The notes under the pieces: generated by a model | What the model saw: the letters and a program-made list of their open reading frames with translations, nothing else | Told to the model about the DNA's origin: nothing | The model's database searches: none | Virus record (IMG/VR): IMGVR_UViG_3300005805_000015 | Span: 1 to 32,538 of that record | Source: a virus | Lineage: Duplodnaviria; Caudoviricetes | DNA: 32,538 bases | Direction: 5' to 3' (one strand) | Shown here: in pieces, positions 1 to 9,582 of the stretch | Numbering within the stretch: the first letter of the stretch is position 1 | Layout: every line of letters begins with the position of its first letter | Translations under genes and position numbers: made by a program

Positions 1-99
1 ATAGATGAAGAAAAGTTTTTAGATGTAACTATGGATGTTCATTGGGGGTGTTTGTTTTTTTTTGTTCGTACATTAGTGGACTCATTGAACGCTATCCAG
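1..99. repeat. Terminal direct repeat, copy 1 (assembly circularisation overlap)
   Basis: 1-99 is identical to 32440-32538, and an ORF reads in frame across the junction. Confidence 0.95.
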
Positions 100-237
100 A
101 ACTCTTTGATGGAGATGCCGGAAGTAGCTCCCAACATCAAATCAATTTTAGCCACAAATGGAAAAACTACGCTGCTCTCGTCTTACTCGCCGGAGGAGAT
201 ATCCGCAATATTGATGAAATCACTGTCCAACCGTTAG
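1..237 (+). CDS. Tail assembly chaperone, 3' part (zero frame)
   Basis: In-frame continuation of the 31993 ORF; contains the T9 run (FFF) at 55-63. Confidence 0.7.
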   Translation: MDEEKFLDVTMDVHWGCLFFFVRTLVDSLNAIQNSLMEMPEVAPNIKSILATNGKTTLLSSYSPEEISAILMKSLSNR

Positions 238-326
238 AGAAGTGTTTATTATTTCTAGCATATCAATCAGATTATAATCAGTTACAAAACTTGCTACATA
301 AAGAAATGATAGCAAAATCAAAATAA
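60..326 (+). CDS. -1 frameshift extension of the tail assembly chaperone (GT-like product, about 257 aa total)
   Basis: The -1 frame is open from the slippery run G TTT TTT TTT (54-63) to TAA 326 (FCSYISGLIERYPELF...) and has no ATG start of its own. Confidence 0.7.
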   Translation, partial: FCSYISGLIERYPELFDGDAGSSSQHQINFSHKWKNYAALVLLAGGDIRNIDEITVQPLEKCLLFLAYQSDYNQLQNLLHKEMIAKSK

Positions 327-328
327 TC

Positions 329-357
329 AACTACAACTTACGAATTGATTGTTAAAT
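329..357 (+). promoter_or_regulatory. Putative phage late promoter AACTAC-N16-GTTAAAT
   Basis: AACTAC 329-334, GTTAAAT 351-357; the same motif and spacing recur upstream of eight other + strand genes. Confidence 0.75.
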
Positions 358-372
358 TAGTAAAACATTTAT

Positions 373-585
373 ATGCCAACTCCTGCTTATTTAGCCCGTT
401 TTAAAGAAACCTCAGGTATTTATTTGGGACCTACACGCGGCAAAAGCTCACCAAAGAATAATCGTAGAGCTTGTTTATGTGTGAATTCAAACACATATAG
501 TAGAAAATGTTGCAATGGTGCATTGATTGAACAAGGTATCGGCCAAACACAAGTACCATATTCACAAACACAGCAAAATAATTAA
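373..585 (+). CDS. Small Cys-rich phage protein (CLC...YS.KCC.G.L..QGIG)
   Basis: ORF directly after the promoter; I recall this motif from Bacteroidota-type phage structural regions. Confidence 0.7.
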   Translation: MPTPAYLARFKETSGIYLGPTRGKSSPKNNRRACLCVNSNTYSRKCCNGALIEQGIGQTQVPYSQTQQNN

Positions 586-592
586 TTAACAT

Positions 593-3226
593 ATGTCAAT
601 ATTAAATAAAACCCAATTAGAAGCGGTAAATCAAAGTAACTTTCCTGATAACACACAAGGGTTAATTACCCCCGCGTTATTAAGAGATTTTAATACTGAT
701 ATCATTGATTCGATGGTTATTACAGGTTCAGCTGGTGCTAGCGGTACATCAGGTACTTCAGGAACATCTGGCGTAAATGGAACTTCTGGAATTAATGGAA
801 CGAATGGTTCTAATGGAACTTCAGGTACTAATGGTACTGCGGGTAGTGGAGGTACATCAGGCATTAATGGTACATCAGGTACAAATGGAACTGCAGGAAG
901 CGGTGGAACATCGGGTACTTCTGGTACATCATTAGATTTTCCATTCACAGGCTCAGCACAAATCACAGGCTCTTTAGGAGTGACTGGTTCAATAAAACAA
1001 TCGATAGGAATTTATAGCGGTAGCCTAATCTCTAACATATACGATACATACACCGATGTAGCAGTAGCAACAAATGTTATTACAATTACATCTGCATCAT
1101 ACGCAACATTAGTTGCAACCGATACAACTGACCCTAATACAATTTATATTATATCAGGTTCAAACTTAACTGCGGGTAGTAGTGGTACATCAGGTACGAG
1201 TGGAGTAAATGGAACAAGTGGAGTAAACGGTACATCAGGAACAAATGGTACATCAGGTACTTCGGGTACAAACGCAAGTGCAGGTACATCGGGTACATCA
1301 GGCAGTAGTGGAACAAGCGGTACAAGCGCTACTTCAGGTACTTCTGGTACATCAGGTACTAATGGTACTGCGGGTAGTGGTGGCAGTAGCGGTACGAGTG
1401 GCACTGACGGAACTGCAGGTAGTGGAGGTTCAGCGGGAACTTCTGGTACATCAGGCACTTCAGGAACATCAGGTAGTAGTGGTACGAGTGGCACCAGTGG
1501 TTCATCAGGCACGAGTGGTACAAATGGTACGGCAGGTAGTGGAGGTTCAGCAGGCACATCAGGAACATCAGGAACAACCGGTTCTTCTGGTACAAGCGGA
1601 CAAGATGGACAATCAAATACATTCTTTAATTATCAAGCAAAAGATACTATAACAACTGGTGACCCTCTTAGTGGACATATCATTTGGAATAACGCAACTC
1701 AAGCATCAGCAACATCGATAAATGTAAGTGATATAGACCAAAATTCTGATAACGTTGATATATTCTTAGGTAATATTCCATCAGGTTCTATTATCGTATT
1801 ACAAGACAAAAATGACCATACTCAATTCCAAAGATGGACAGTGGGTGCTGGAGTAGATAATACAACATATTGGACATTCCCAGTAACTCTTATTCAATCA
1901 ACATATTCGTTTCCTAACAATCATCAGATGTTGTTTATCATAGCACAATTGCCGGTAGGTACTTCAGGTACTTCTGGTACAAATGGAACAACGGGAACTG
2001 CTGGTTCTTCAGGAACTTCAGGTACTGATGGTACTGCCGGTAGCGGTGGTTCATCAGGCACAAGCGGAACTTCGGGTACTTCAGGAAGTAGTGGTACGAG
2101 TGGAACAGATGGCACTGCGGGAAGTGGTGGCAGTTCGGGTACAAGCGGAACATCAGGCACTAGCGGAACAAATGGAACTGCTGGTAGTGGGGGTACTTCA
2201 GGTACTTCTGGTACAAGCGGAACGGATGGAACTGCCGGTAGCGGTGGTACGAGTGGAACAAGCGGCACTTCAGGAATAAATGGTACTTCTGGTACTTCTG
2301 GTAGTTCTGGTACTTCTGGAAGTAGTGGGACTAGTGGAACGGATGGAACTGCAGGAAGTGGTGGAACATCAGGTACTTCAGGCACAAGCGGAGTAAGTGG
2401 AGGAGCGGGTTCTAATGGAACATCCGGAACTAGTGGAACGAATGGAGTTGGATATACATCGTTAATAACAAATGATGGAACTACAAACTCTGTATCCGGA
2501 AGTGTAATTACAATTATACCATCTTTAGGTTCTGTTGACAAGTACTCTTGGAGGGTTGGTGATTTTATAAAGATATTTGATGGTAGTGTGGGTGAGGCTC
2601 AGAATAACTTTATGTATGGACAGATAACCGGTACAACAGGTGGCGGTAGTGGTTATTCAGTATCAATATCATTTAATACTGGCTCAGCAACTATCATACC
2701 TACTCATTTTACATTTCAAAATGGATTTAATGGTACTAATGGTACATCAGGTACTTCTGGTACATCAGGTTTATTATTATTAAGTGGCTCAGAAAATAAT
2801 GGACTTATTAGTTATAATGCAATTTCTTATGAAGGAAATGTTGAGACTAATCTCCAATTTGATAACTCAGTACCGGTACTTCGTTTAACTGGTTCGTTAA
2901 GTATTAACGGTTCAGTTGATATGAATGTTGTATCAGCACCAATTACATCGACAACAATGAGTATAGACTTTGATTTAGGTAATTACTTTACTAGCTCAGC
3001 ATCTGGTTCATTCCATATAAATGTAACAAATCCAAAACCTGGTGAGACTGCAATATTAAAAATGAATACAATAGCAATTCCAACTGCATCGTTTAGTAGT
3101 AATGTTAGACAGATAAGCGGAAGTGCATACACTGTAACATCGGGTTCAAATCAAACTGATATATTAACATTTGTAACTTTAGATACTTCAAATGTATTCT
3201 TAGTAGCAAGTAAAAAGTTTATATAA
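593..3226 (+). CDS. Collagen-like (Gly-Thr-Ser repeat) tail fibre or virion appendage protein
   Basis: Long G-X-Y tracts (GTS/GTN/GSS) separated by globular domains; fibre-type C-terminal domain (IDFDLGNYF...DILTFVT). Confidence 0.75.
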   Translation: MSILNKTQLEAVNQSNFPDNTQGLITPALLRDFNTDIIDSMVITGSAGASGTSGTSGTSGVNGTSGINGTNGSNGTSGTNGTAGSGGTSGINGTSGTNGTAGSGGTSGTSGTSLDFPFTGSAQITGSLGVTGSIKQSIGIYSGSLISNIYDTYTDVAVATNVITITSASYATLVATDTTDPNTIYIISGSNLTAGSSGTSGTSGVNGTSGVNGTSGTNGTSGTSGTNASAGTSGTSGSSGTSGTSATSGTSGTSGTNGTAGSGGSSGTSGTDGTAGSGGSAGTSGTSGTSGTSGSSGTSGTSGSSGTSGTNGTAGSGGSAGTSGTSGTTGSSGTSGQDGQSNTFFNYQAKDTITTGDPLSGHIIWNNATQASATSINVSDIDQNSDNVDIFLGNIPSGSIIVLQDKNDHTQFQRWTVGAGVDNTTYWTFPVTLIQSTYSFPNNHQMLFIIAQLPVGTSGTSGTNGTTGTAGSSGTSGTDGTAGSGGSSGTSGTSGTSGSSGTSGTDGTAGSGGSSGTSGTSGTSGTNGTAGSGGTSGTSGTSGTDGTAGSGGTSGTSGTSGINGTSGTSGSSGTSGSSGTSGTDGTAGSGGTSGTSGTSGVSGGAGSNGTSGTSGTNGVGYTSLITNDGTTNSVSGSVITIIPSLGSVDKYSWRVGDFIKIFDGSVGEAQNNFMYGQITGTTGGGSGYSVSISFNTGSATIIPTHFTFQNGFNGTNGTSGTSGTSGLLLLSGSENNGLISYNAISYEGNVETNLQFDNSVPVLRLTGSLSINGSVDMNVVSAPITSTTMSIDFDLGNYFTSSASGSFHINVTNPKPGETAILKMNTIAIPTASFSSNVRQISGSAYTVTSGSNQTDILTFVTLDTSNVFLVASKKFI

Positions 3227-3227
3227 T

Positions 3228-4007
3228 ATGATAGTACAACCATTTAGTTACCTTACACAACCAGCGGCAGCTGCTGCCGGCGCAACGATAAGAGCTGATG
3301 CGTATTCATCTTTTATAGCATATGCACAACCATTTAACTATTTCTCTGGTTCATTTGGAATGACTAATTTTGATTCTGATATACATGCATCTATTAAAGG
3401 TAGTGGAACTAATTATAAATTCCCTGCATCTGGTAGTGGAACATATCAAGCTACTGCAGGTAAAGTTAAATTTGCATCTGATGGGTATTCTAACTCATTG
3501 AAAATAGCTGGTAACCAAAACGCCGGTGGATTCGGAGGTACAGTAACTCCTGCTGATTTAAAAATGAGTAATTCATCTTTCGTATGGGAAGTATGGGTAA
3601 ATACTGATATTACGATAGCGGGCAATGGATTATCAATGTTGATGGCGTACGGCAATACTGGTAACTTTACATTCAACCAAACACCAGCTTATATTAGATT
3701 CTTAGTTGGACCTGGCGATGTGTACGCTGATTCAGTAGGTACTTTAGCAAAAACAGCAAATGTTTGGAGACACTGGGCATTTGTAAGGAGTGGTAATAAT
3801 TTTTATTGTTATTGGGATGGTAGTAGAGTAATTTCATTTACCAATTCATTAACTTTAGGAAATAATGACCCAAATAGATTATTAGGTTCTGCTCAGGGAG
3901 ATGTGTTAATAACTGCTCAATATCAAGATTTTAGAATATATAAAGGAACTGATAAAGGATACACAGGAGCTACAATAACACCACCACTTAGTATGGTTAT
4001 TGCATAA
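3228..4007 (+). CDS. LamG/concanavalin A-like lectin-domain protein (putative receptor binding)
   Basis: FVWEVWV, WRHWAFVRSGNNFYCYWDG and YQDFRIYKG are LamG-type motifs. Confidence 0.75.
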   Translation: MIVQPFSYLTQPAAAAAGATIRADAYSSFIAYAQPFNYFSGSFGMTNFDSDIHASIKGSGTNYKFPASGSGTYQATAGKVKFASDGYSNSLKIAGNQNAGGFGGTVTPADLKMSNSSFVWEVWVNTDITIAGNGLSMLMAYGNTGNFTFNQTPAYIRFLVGPGDVYADSVGTLAKTANVWRHWAFVRSGNNFYCYWDGSRVISFTNSLTLGNNDPNRLLGSAQGDVLITAQYQDFRIYKGTDKGYTGATITPPLSMVIA

Positions 4008-4024
4008 AAATAAATTATAATAAT

Positions 4025-4222
4025 ATGAGTGAACAATACCCTATAAGAACATACGCATTAATTGATGATAATAATATAGTAAAATATATTAAAACATTTT
4101 CATTATCATCTGAAGAAAGCTGGTTAGGTAACTACGAAGGAGTTAAACAAGGAGTAGCAACTGATTTGTTTGATTATGAAATAACAGTTGGAATGACATG
4201 GGACGGAGAAAATTTTAATTAA
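4025..4222 (+). CDS. Small fibre-associated protein
   Basis: YALIDDNNIV...VGMTWDGENF pattern typical of small proteins next to tail-fibre genes. Confidence 0.55.
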   Translation: MSEQYPIRTYALIDDNNIVKYIKTFSLSSEESWLGNYEGVKQGVATDLFDYEITVGMTWDGENFN

Positions 4223-4224
4223 TT

Positions 4225-5286
4225 ATGGAAACGGTTTATTTAGGAAAGACTTTAATAAATGATGTGATGTTAGGTTCACAAAGAATGGATGATGTCATAT
4301 TAGGTAAGTTAGTACCTACTACAACCACAACTACAACAGCACCACCAACAAGCACAACTACTACAACTGCAGGAACTACAACAACTACATTTACACAACC
4401 AAGATATTATGTTCAAAGTTGTACCTCATTGGTAGTGTACACAATAGAAAAAAGTGATGCTGCTCCACCAACTGCAAGCTTGGTTTACAAACCTTATTCA
4501 CCAGCACAACCGGGTGTGTTTAGTGGTAATAGTTGTTGGCAATATATAAGTCAATCGTTTGAAGCTCCATTTGCAGCAGCAATATGGGGAGATTCTTACG
4601 CTGATTGTGCAACTTGTCCTGAAGGAACAACAACTACTTCTTCTACAACCACAACAACCGTAGCACCAACTAGTACAACAACTACTACCGATGGTACTAC
4701 AACTACTACAACCACTGCAGCTCCTACGAGTACAACAACTACTACTGAAGGAACTACAACATCTAGTACTACAACTACAACTTCTGGTACTACAACTACA
4801 ACTACCGAAGGTACAACTACAACTACCGAAGGTACAACTACAACAACAACATCGGGAACAACAACTACAACTACCGAAGGTACAACTACAACAACAACGT
4901 CTGGTACTACAACTACAACGTATCCACCAGAAACTACAACATCTAGTACAACTACAACTACTGAAGGAACTACAACAACAAGTCAAGCACCTACTACAAC
5001 TACAACTACAACAACAGCGGCTCCTATAACATATTATTATCAAGTAGTTGAATGTAATACTACTGCTAGTTATGCTGTACTTATGATTAATGAAACAATG
5101 ATATCAGGTAGTGCATATAAATTAGTAGATGGTGCGAGCCCATCTCAACCTCAATTTGATGGAGTGAGATGTTGGCATTTATCTGCTAGTTTAGCAGGAC
5201 CTACTGGCTCTGCAGTAACATATAATTCTTCATATGTTGATTGTGAGACGTGTTTAACAACAACTACAACTACTACGCAACCTTAA
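4225..5286 (+). CDS. Thr-rich mucin-like virion protein with two Cys-rich domains
   Basis: Poly-Thr tracts separate two related domains (YY.V..C...YK...CW...Y.DC.TC). Confidence 0.7.
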   Translation: METVYLGKTLINDVMLGSQRMDDVILGKLVPTTTTTTTAPPTSTTTTTAGTTTTTFTQPRYYVQSCTSLVVYTIEKSDAAPPTASLVYKPYSPAQPGVFSGNSCWQYISQSFEAPFAAAIWGDSYADCATCPEGTTTTSSTTTTTVAPTSTTTTTDGTTTTTTTAAPTSTTTTTEGTTTSSTTTTTSGTTTTTTEGTTTTTEGTTTTTTSGTTTTTTEGTTTTTTSGTTTTTYPPETTTSSTTTTTEGTTTTSQAPTTTTTTTTAAPITYYYQVVECNTTASYAVLMINETMISGSAYKLVDGASPSQPQFDGVRCWHLSASLAGPTGSAVTYNSSYVDCETCLTTTTTTTQP

Positions 5287-5303
5287 AAAAAATAACTAAA
5301 AAT

Positions 5304-5332
5304 AACTACAAAACAATCATTGATTGTTAAAT
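5304..5332 (+). promoter_or_regulatory. Putative late promoter of the scaffold-capsid operon
   Basis: AACTAC 5304-5309, 16-nt spacer, GTTAAAT 5326-5332. Confidence 0.75.
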
Positions 5333-5350
5333 GATTAAAAATATATTAAT

Positions 5351-6037
5351 ATGAACGCAAAGCAAGTATTAAATAAGATTATTACAGCTCTTAAATCTGA
5401 AAAGGTAGCAGAGTTAGCATACGCTAAGTTAGCAGATGGCACAATCTTAGAATCATCTACCTTTGATGTAGGTGAAGAAGTTTCAGTAATATCTGAAGAT
5501 GGAACAAAATCCAAAGCACCTGAAGGTGAACACGAAGTAATTCTTAAAGATGACGAAGGAAACGATGTTAGAATTAAGATTCAAGTGGATGCAGAAGGAA
5601 AGATAACTGAAAGAGAAAACGTAGAATTACCTGAATCAGAAGAAAAGGATGAAGAATCCGAAGCTGTAGAAGCTAAATCTGATGAGAAGAAGGTAAAGAA
5701 AATCCCTGAAGATATGGAAGAAGAAGAATCAGATGCAGTTGATGCACCTGTTGAATCTATTCCAGAAGATATGGAAAAGAAGTACGCTGATTTAGCTTAT
5801 AGAATTGAGGAGATGGAAAAGAAAATCTCTAAGATGGAAGAAGTTAAAGAAGAAGAAATCAAAGGTAAACCAGCTGAAGATAAAAAAGAAGCTGACGTTA
5901 AAATGGAAGAAGAACTTCCTAAATTAGACGGAGCACCTGTTGATGAGACTTCAAACAAAACACAAAACATAAAAATGAGTAAGAACAATAAAGTTGTGAG
6001 TTCACAATCTACATTCTTATCAAAATTATACAAATAA
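5351..6037 (+). CDS. Capsid scaffolding protein
   Basis: Acidic, coiled-coil-prone protein (L.DGT.LE...F.VG...APEGEH) immediately upstream of the capsid gene. Confidence 0.65.
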   Translation: MNAKQVLNKIITALKSEKVAELAYAKLADGTILESSTFDVGEEVSVISEDGTKSKAPEGEHEVILKDDEGNDVRIKIQVDAEGKITERENVELPESEEKDEESEAVEAKSDEKKVKKIPEDMEEEESDAVDAPVESIPEDMEKKYADLAYRIEEMEKKISKMEEVKEEEIKGKPAEDKKEADVKMEEELPKLDGAPVDETSNKTQNIKMSKNNKVVSSQSTFLSKLYK

Positions 6038-6053
6038 CAAAAACTTATTGAAA

Positions 6054-7007
6054 ATGAGAAAAAATCAAAATTTCGCTCAGCCATCAGTAACCAGTACCTA
6101 TTCTGGAGAATTCGCAGGAAAATATATTGCGAGTGCTCTTTTATCTGCACGTACATTGGACAATGGCTACATCACAATAATGCCAAACGTTAAATACAAA
6201 TCAGTAATCCAAAAGATTGCTGTTGATAGTATTGTAAACGATGCATCTTGTGATTTCGCAACTTCAGGTACAGTAGCTCTTACCGAAAGAATCTTAGAAC
6301 CAAAAGAGCTACAAGTAAACTTAGAACTTTGTAAGCAAGAATTCCTAGATAGCTGGGAAGCTTTACAATTAGGATTTTCAGCCTTCGATTCTGTACCAGC
6401 GAACTTCTCGGATTTCTTGGTATCATATGTTGGTGGCAAGGTTGCGGAAGCAACTGAAGAATCTATTTGGAGAGGTAATCCTGCTACAAACGGACAATTC
6501 CAAGGTATCTACAATGAATTATCTTCATCAGTAGTAGCAGGTGGCGTAAACGCTCCTGTAACATCTTCAGTTTCTGGTTCAATCACTTCAGCAAACGTAG
6601 CAACTGCTTTGAACGCTTTAGTTGACGCAATCCCTCAAACTGTATATGGTAAAGAAGACTTAATGATTTACGTTCCAACAAACGTAGTTAAGGCTTACCA
6701 ACAATTCTTAGCTGGTGGTGCACAAGGTGCAAACGGTTTCAACAATCAATTGAACGTAGGTGAGAAACCACTTAACTTCAATGGTATTGAATTAGCGTAT
6801 TGCCCTGGTCTTGCTTCATCTGCAATGGTGGCGGCTCAAAAATCTAACTTGTTCTTCGGAACTGGTTTAACTTCAGATTACAATACTGTAAAATTATTGG
6901 ATATGGAAGATTTAGACGGCTCACAAAATTTCCGTGTTATTATGAGATATACTGCGGATACAGTGTTCGGAATTGGAAACGATATCGCAATACACAAAAA
7001 CTATTAA
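6054..7007 (+). CDS. Major capsid protein
   Basis: TYSGEFAGKYI, LTERILEPKELQVNLELCK and NLFFGTGL..D...DM.DLDGSQN.R motifs of Bacteroidota-phage capsids; biased codon usage; ATG at 6054. Confidence 0.85.
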   Translation: MRKNQNFAQPSVTSTYSGEFAGKYIASALLSARTLDNGYITIMPNVKYKSVIQKIAVDSIVNDASCDFATSGTVALTERILEPKELQVNLELCKQEFLDSWEALQLGFSAFDSVPANFSDFLVSYVGGKVAEATEESIWRGNPATNGQFQGIYNELSSSVVAGGVNAPVTSSVSGSITSANVATALNALVDAIPQTVYGKEDLMIYVPTNVVKAYQQFLAGGAQGANGFNNQLNVGEKPLNFNGIELAYCPGLASSAMVAAQKSNLFFGTGLTSDYNTVKLLDMEDLDGSQNFRVIMRYTADTVFGIGNDIAIHKNY

Positions 7008-7014
7008 TTTAATT

Positions 7015-7055
7015 GAGTGAATAATGAGAGGGTTTAATTCCCTCTCTCACTCTTT
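7015..7055 (+). terminator. Bulged hairpin after the capsid gene (attenuator or mRNA stabiliser)
   Basis: GAGTGA..GAGAGGG pairs with CCCTCTC-TCACTC; followed by TTTAAGTTT, a weak U tract. Confidence 0.6.
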
Positions 7056-7090
7056 AAGTTTCAGAAATTAAAAACTAAAATTTAAAAACT

Positions 7091-7642
7091 ATGGCTTGTA
7101 ATTTATCAGCAGGTAGAAATGAAGTTTGTAAAGAAAGTGTTGGTGGACTATCAGGAGTTTATTTTGTAAACTTTACTGGTTCTTTAGCTAACATAACTAA
7201 TGGTGAATCCGATGCATTAATCGAAACTTTACCATCAGGTCTTACAGCTTATTTCTATGACCTAAAAGGAACAAGTGCATATACTGAAACTGTGAACACT
7301 TCTAGAGAAAATGGTACTACATTCTTTTCACAAGAATTAACATTAAATCTAAAGAAGTTGACAAATGAGATGACTACTCAATTAAAGTTGATGGCTTACG
7401 GAAGACCTCAAATCTTTGTACACACTATGAATGGAGATACTCTATTAGTAGGACAAAGAGAAGGTGCAGATGTTACCGGCGGTACAATTCAAACCGGCGG
7501 AGCAATTGGAGATTTGTATGGATACAGTATTACATTTACTGGTCAAGAACAATTCCCAGCGGCGTTTATCTCTGGCTCAACATTTGGTTCGCCATTTGGA
7601 GCTGTGACAAACCCACCAACAATAGTGAATGGTACAAACTAA
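7091..7642 (+). CDS. Major tail (tube) protein
   Basis: MAC.L..GR...CK..VGG, SRENGTTFF.QEL.L.L and GDL.GY..TF.G.E motifs; 183 aa; follows the capsid gene. Confidence 0.75.
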   Translation: MACNLSAGRNEVCKESVGGLSGVYFVNFTGSLANITNGESDALIETLPSGLTAYFYDLKGTSAYTETVNTSRENGTTFFSQELTLNLKKLTNEMTTQLKLMAYGRPQIFVHTMNGDTLLVGQREGADVTGGTIQTGGAIGDLYGYSITFTGQEQFPAAFISGSTFGSPFGAVTNPPTIVNGTN

Positions 7643-7664
7643 TCAGTATTACACTTAAAATATT

Positions 7665-7694
7665 AAAGGGCGGAACTCAGTTCCCCCTTTTTTT
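7665..7694 (+). terminator. Intrinsic terminator
   Basis: AAAGGG-C-GGAAC TCA GTTCC-CCCTTT followed by a T run. Confidence 0.8.
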
Positions 7695-7695
7695 A

Positions 7696-7850
7696 TGCCA
7701 TATGGCAGATATAGATGGTACTCAAAACTTCAGACTTAGTTATTTTTTATGTCAAATAAGTAGCAAGATAGGGTATAACATGCTACTTAGTGAATATTGG
7801 AAGGAATTCACTTCCCAATTACTTACGTTGGTGGTAAAGTAGCATTAATA
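7696..7850. ncRNA. Candidate structured non-coding element with two capsid-gene-like arms
   Basis: 7700-7734 and 7818-7844 resemble capsid gene segments 6901-6935 and 6420-6446 and flank two hairpins (7757-7789, 7790-7811). Transcription is not shown. Confidence 0.5.
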
Positions 7851-7855
7851 TATTT

Positions 7856-7884
7856 CACTACTTTGTTCTATATGATTGTTAAAT
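7856..7884 (+). promoter_or_regulatory. Putative late promoter of the portal operon
   Basis: CACTAC 7856-7861, N16, GTTAAAT 7878-7884. Confidence 0.7.
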
Positions 7885-7914
7885 GTATAGTTAAAACAAC
7901 ATAAAGACAAGATA

Positions 7915-8289
7915 ATGCTAGCATACTACATATCAGGAAGCAATTATTATTCATTTAGAATAGCTCCAACGGGCTCATCTAATCTTACACTCAATCTGCA
8001 GAACATGCTAACGTTGGTGAATACAACATCTTCAATTAGTGCATCTGCAAGACCTTACACATATAATGCGTATGAGAGTATTCTTAATTGGACAGCATCT
8101 ATATCAGGTGCACGTACAGGTGACCAATACCGAGCATCTATAACTGATACAACTGGTTCTATTTGGGACGGTTCTATTTCAGTATTTGCATCACAATCAA
8201 TTGATAAGCCAGAGTATATAAATCAATTGGGTGTTGAAGAAGAATATAAGAGCAATATAACAAACAATCAATACATAATACTAGATTAA
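7915..8289 (+). CDS. Putative virion structural protein
   Basis: Beta-rich 124-aa ORF immediately upstream of the portal gene; function not assignable. Confidence 0.55.
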   Translation: MLAYYISGSNYYSFRIAPTGSSNLTLNLQNMLTLVNTTSSISASARPYTYNAYESILNWTASISGARTGDQYRASITDTTGSIWDGSISVFASQSIDKPEYINQLGVEEEYKSNITNNQYIILD

Positions 8290-8290
8290 T

Positions 8291-9577
8291 ATGAAAGAAA
8301 AACAAAGTTTCTCAGTAGTCAACTTAACATCTCAACAAATTCCTATTGTAGTTGAAGATATAAAGACAAGATATAATTGGGTACCTGTTGGTATAATTCA
8401 ACCAGATGATTACTTTCAAAACATAACTGATGCTTACACAACATCAACAACAAACGCAGCGTGTGTAGAAGGTATAGCAGACCTAATATATGGTAAAGGA
8501 TTATATTCTAAAGATGAATCCTTTCAAGATACATTAGGAAAATTAATACCACAAGAAGAATTAAGGAGAGTTGTATTTGATTTAAAACTTTATGGTAATG
8601 CTGCATTCCAAGTCTATTGGGATGATACACACACAAAAGTAATCAAATTCTATCACACTCCTATACAAAACATAAGAGCGGAAAAGATATACGATAATCC
8701 AAAGATTGAAAACTATTTTTATTGTACTGATTGGAGTGACCATAAAGCACAAAGAAGTAAGAAAAGAATATCAGCATTTGGTACTTCAAACGATAAGATG
8801 GAATTATTGTATGTAAAGAATTACTCACCAGGTAAATATTATTATTCACTACCTGATTGGATTCCTGCTTTACAATTTTCTTTTGTAGAAGCTGAATTAT
8901 CTAACTTACATTTAAATAACATTGAGAATGGATTTATGCCGTTAGTAATGATTAATATGAATAATGGTATTCCAGCTCCTGAAGAAAGACAAACTATTGA
9001 AAGTATGATTGAGCAGAAGTTTACGGGCACTAGAAACGCTGGTAGATTTATGATTTCATTTAACGATGATGCAGAAAGAAAACCAACAATAGAAGCAATT
9101 AACATAGATAACTTACATGAAAAGTATCAGTATGTTAGTGATTACGCACAAGACCGTATCTTAGTTGGACATAGAATTACATCTCCATTATTATTTGGTA
9201 TTCGTACACAAGCCAATGGTTTCAGTTCTCAATCAGAAGAAATGAAAACAGCTTTCTCTATCTTACAAACAATGACAATTACTCCATTCCAAAACTTAAT
9301 CATTAACTTTATAGCTGATGCATTAGAGATTGGTGGATACGCTGATACTGAATTATACTTTGAACAATTAACTCCATTGGTAATTCTTTCACAAACTGCG
9401 GAAGAAACCGGACAAACAATTACACAAGTTGAAGATGATATCAACGAACAGGCTGAAAACCCTGAACAGATTGATGATGAAACAACAATAGACCCAAACA
9501 TAGAACAAGAACAACTAAGTGATTACAGTAGAAGTAATCCTAATTTTTCTAAAAACTTTGAAACATTTAAATTATAA
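8291..9577 (+). CDS. Portal protein
   Basis: DLKLYGNA, YYSLPDW, NNIENGFMP, KFTGTRNAG and HRITSPLLFGI motifs. Confidence 0.85.
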   Translation: MKEKQSFSVVNLTSQQIPIVVEDIKTRYNWVPVGIIQPDDYFQNITDAYTTSTTNAACVEGIADLIYGKGLYSKDESFQDTLGKLIPQEELRRVVFDLKLYGNAAFQVYWDDTHTKVIKFYHTPIQNIRAEKIYDNPKIENYFYCTDWSDHKAQRSKKRISAFGTSNDKMELLYVKNYSPGKYYYSLPDWIPALQFSFVEAELSNLHLNNIENGFMPLVMINMNNGIPAPEERQTIESMIEQKFTGTRNAGRFMISFNDDAERKPTIEAINIDNLHEKYQYVSDYAQDRILVGHRITSPLLFGIRTQANGFSSQSEEMKTAFSILQTMTITPFQNLIINFIADALEIGGYADTELYFEQLTPLVILSQTAEETGQTITQVEDDINEQAENPEQIDDETTIDPNIEQEQLSDYSRSNPNFSKNFETFKL

Positions 9578-9582
9578 ACAAT

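Noticed and set aside
1-99. Biological terminal repeat
   Set aside because: The 99-nt length fits an assembler k-mer overlap and falls mid-gene; read as circularisation only.
631-2541. Minus-strand (VPEVPD) and alternate-frame ORFs over the GTS gene
   Set aside because: Shadow ORFs of a stop-free repetitive coding sequence.
4498-5043. Cys-rich minus-strand ORF and LQ-rich alternate-frame ORF
   Set aside because: Shadows of the ACN poly-Thr codons; the same applies to 15111-15347 and 17192-17458.
7788-7801. 14-nt identity TAGTGAATATTGGA with the tail-tip gene at 15896-15909
   Set aside because: An AT-rich 14-mer match is plausible by chance at this genome size; not counted as a third arm.
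7735-7820. CRISPR or TIGR mini-array
   Set aside because: Only short ACTTAG/ACTTAC recurrences at irregular spacing (51 and 36 nt); no true repeat unit, and no Cas or Nop-domain gene seen.
7702-7842. 46-aa ORF MADIDGTQNFRLSYF... as a gene or capsid pseudogene
   Set aside because: It follows a terminator with no promoter, and the second capsid-like piece is out of frame and out of order. Kept only as an alternative explanation.
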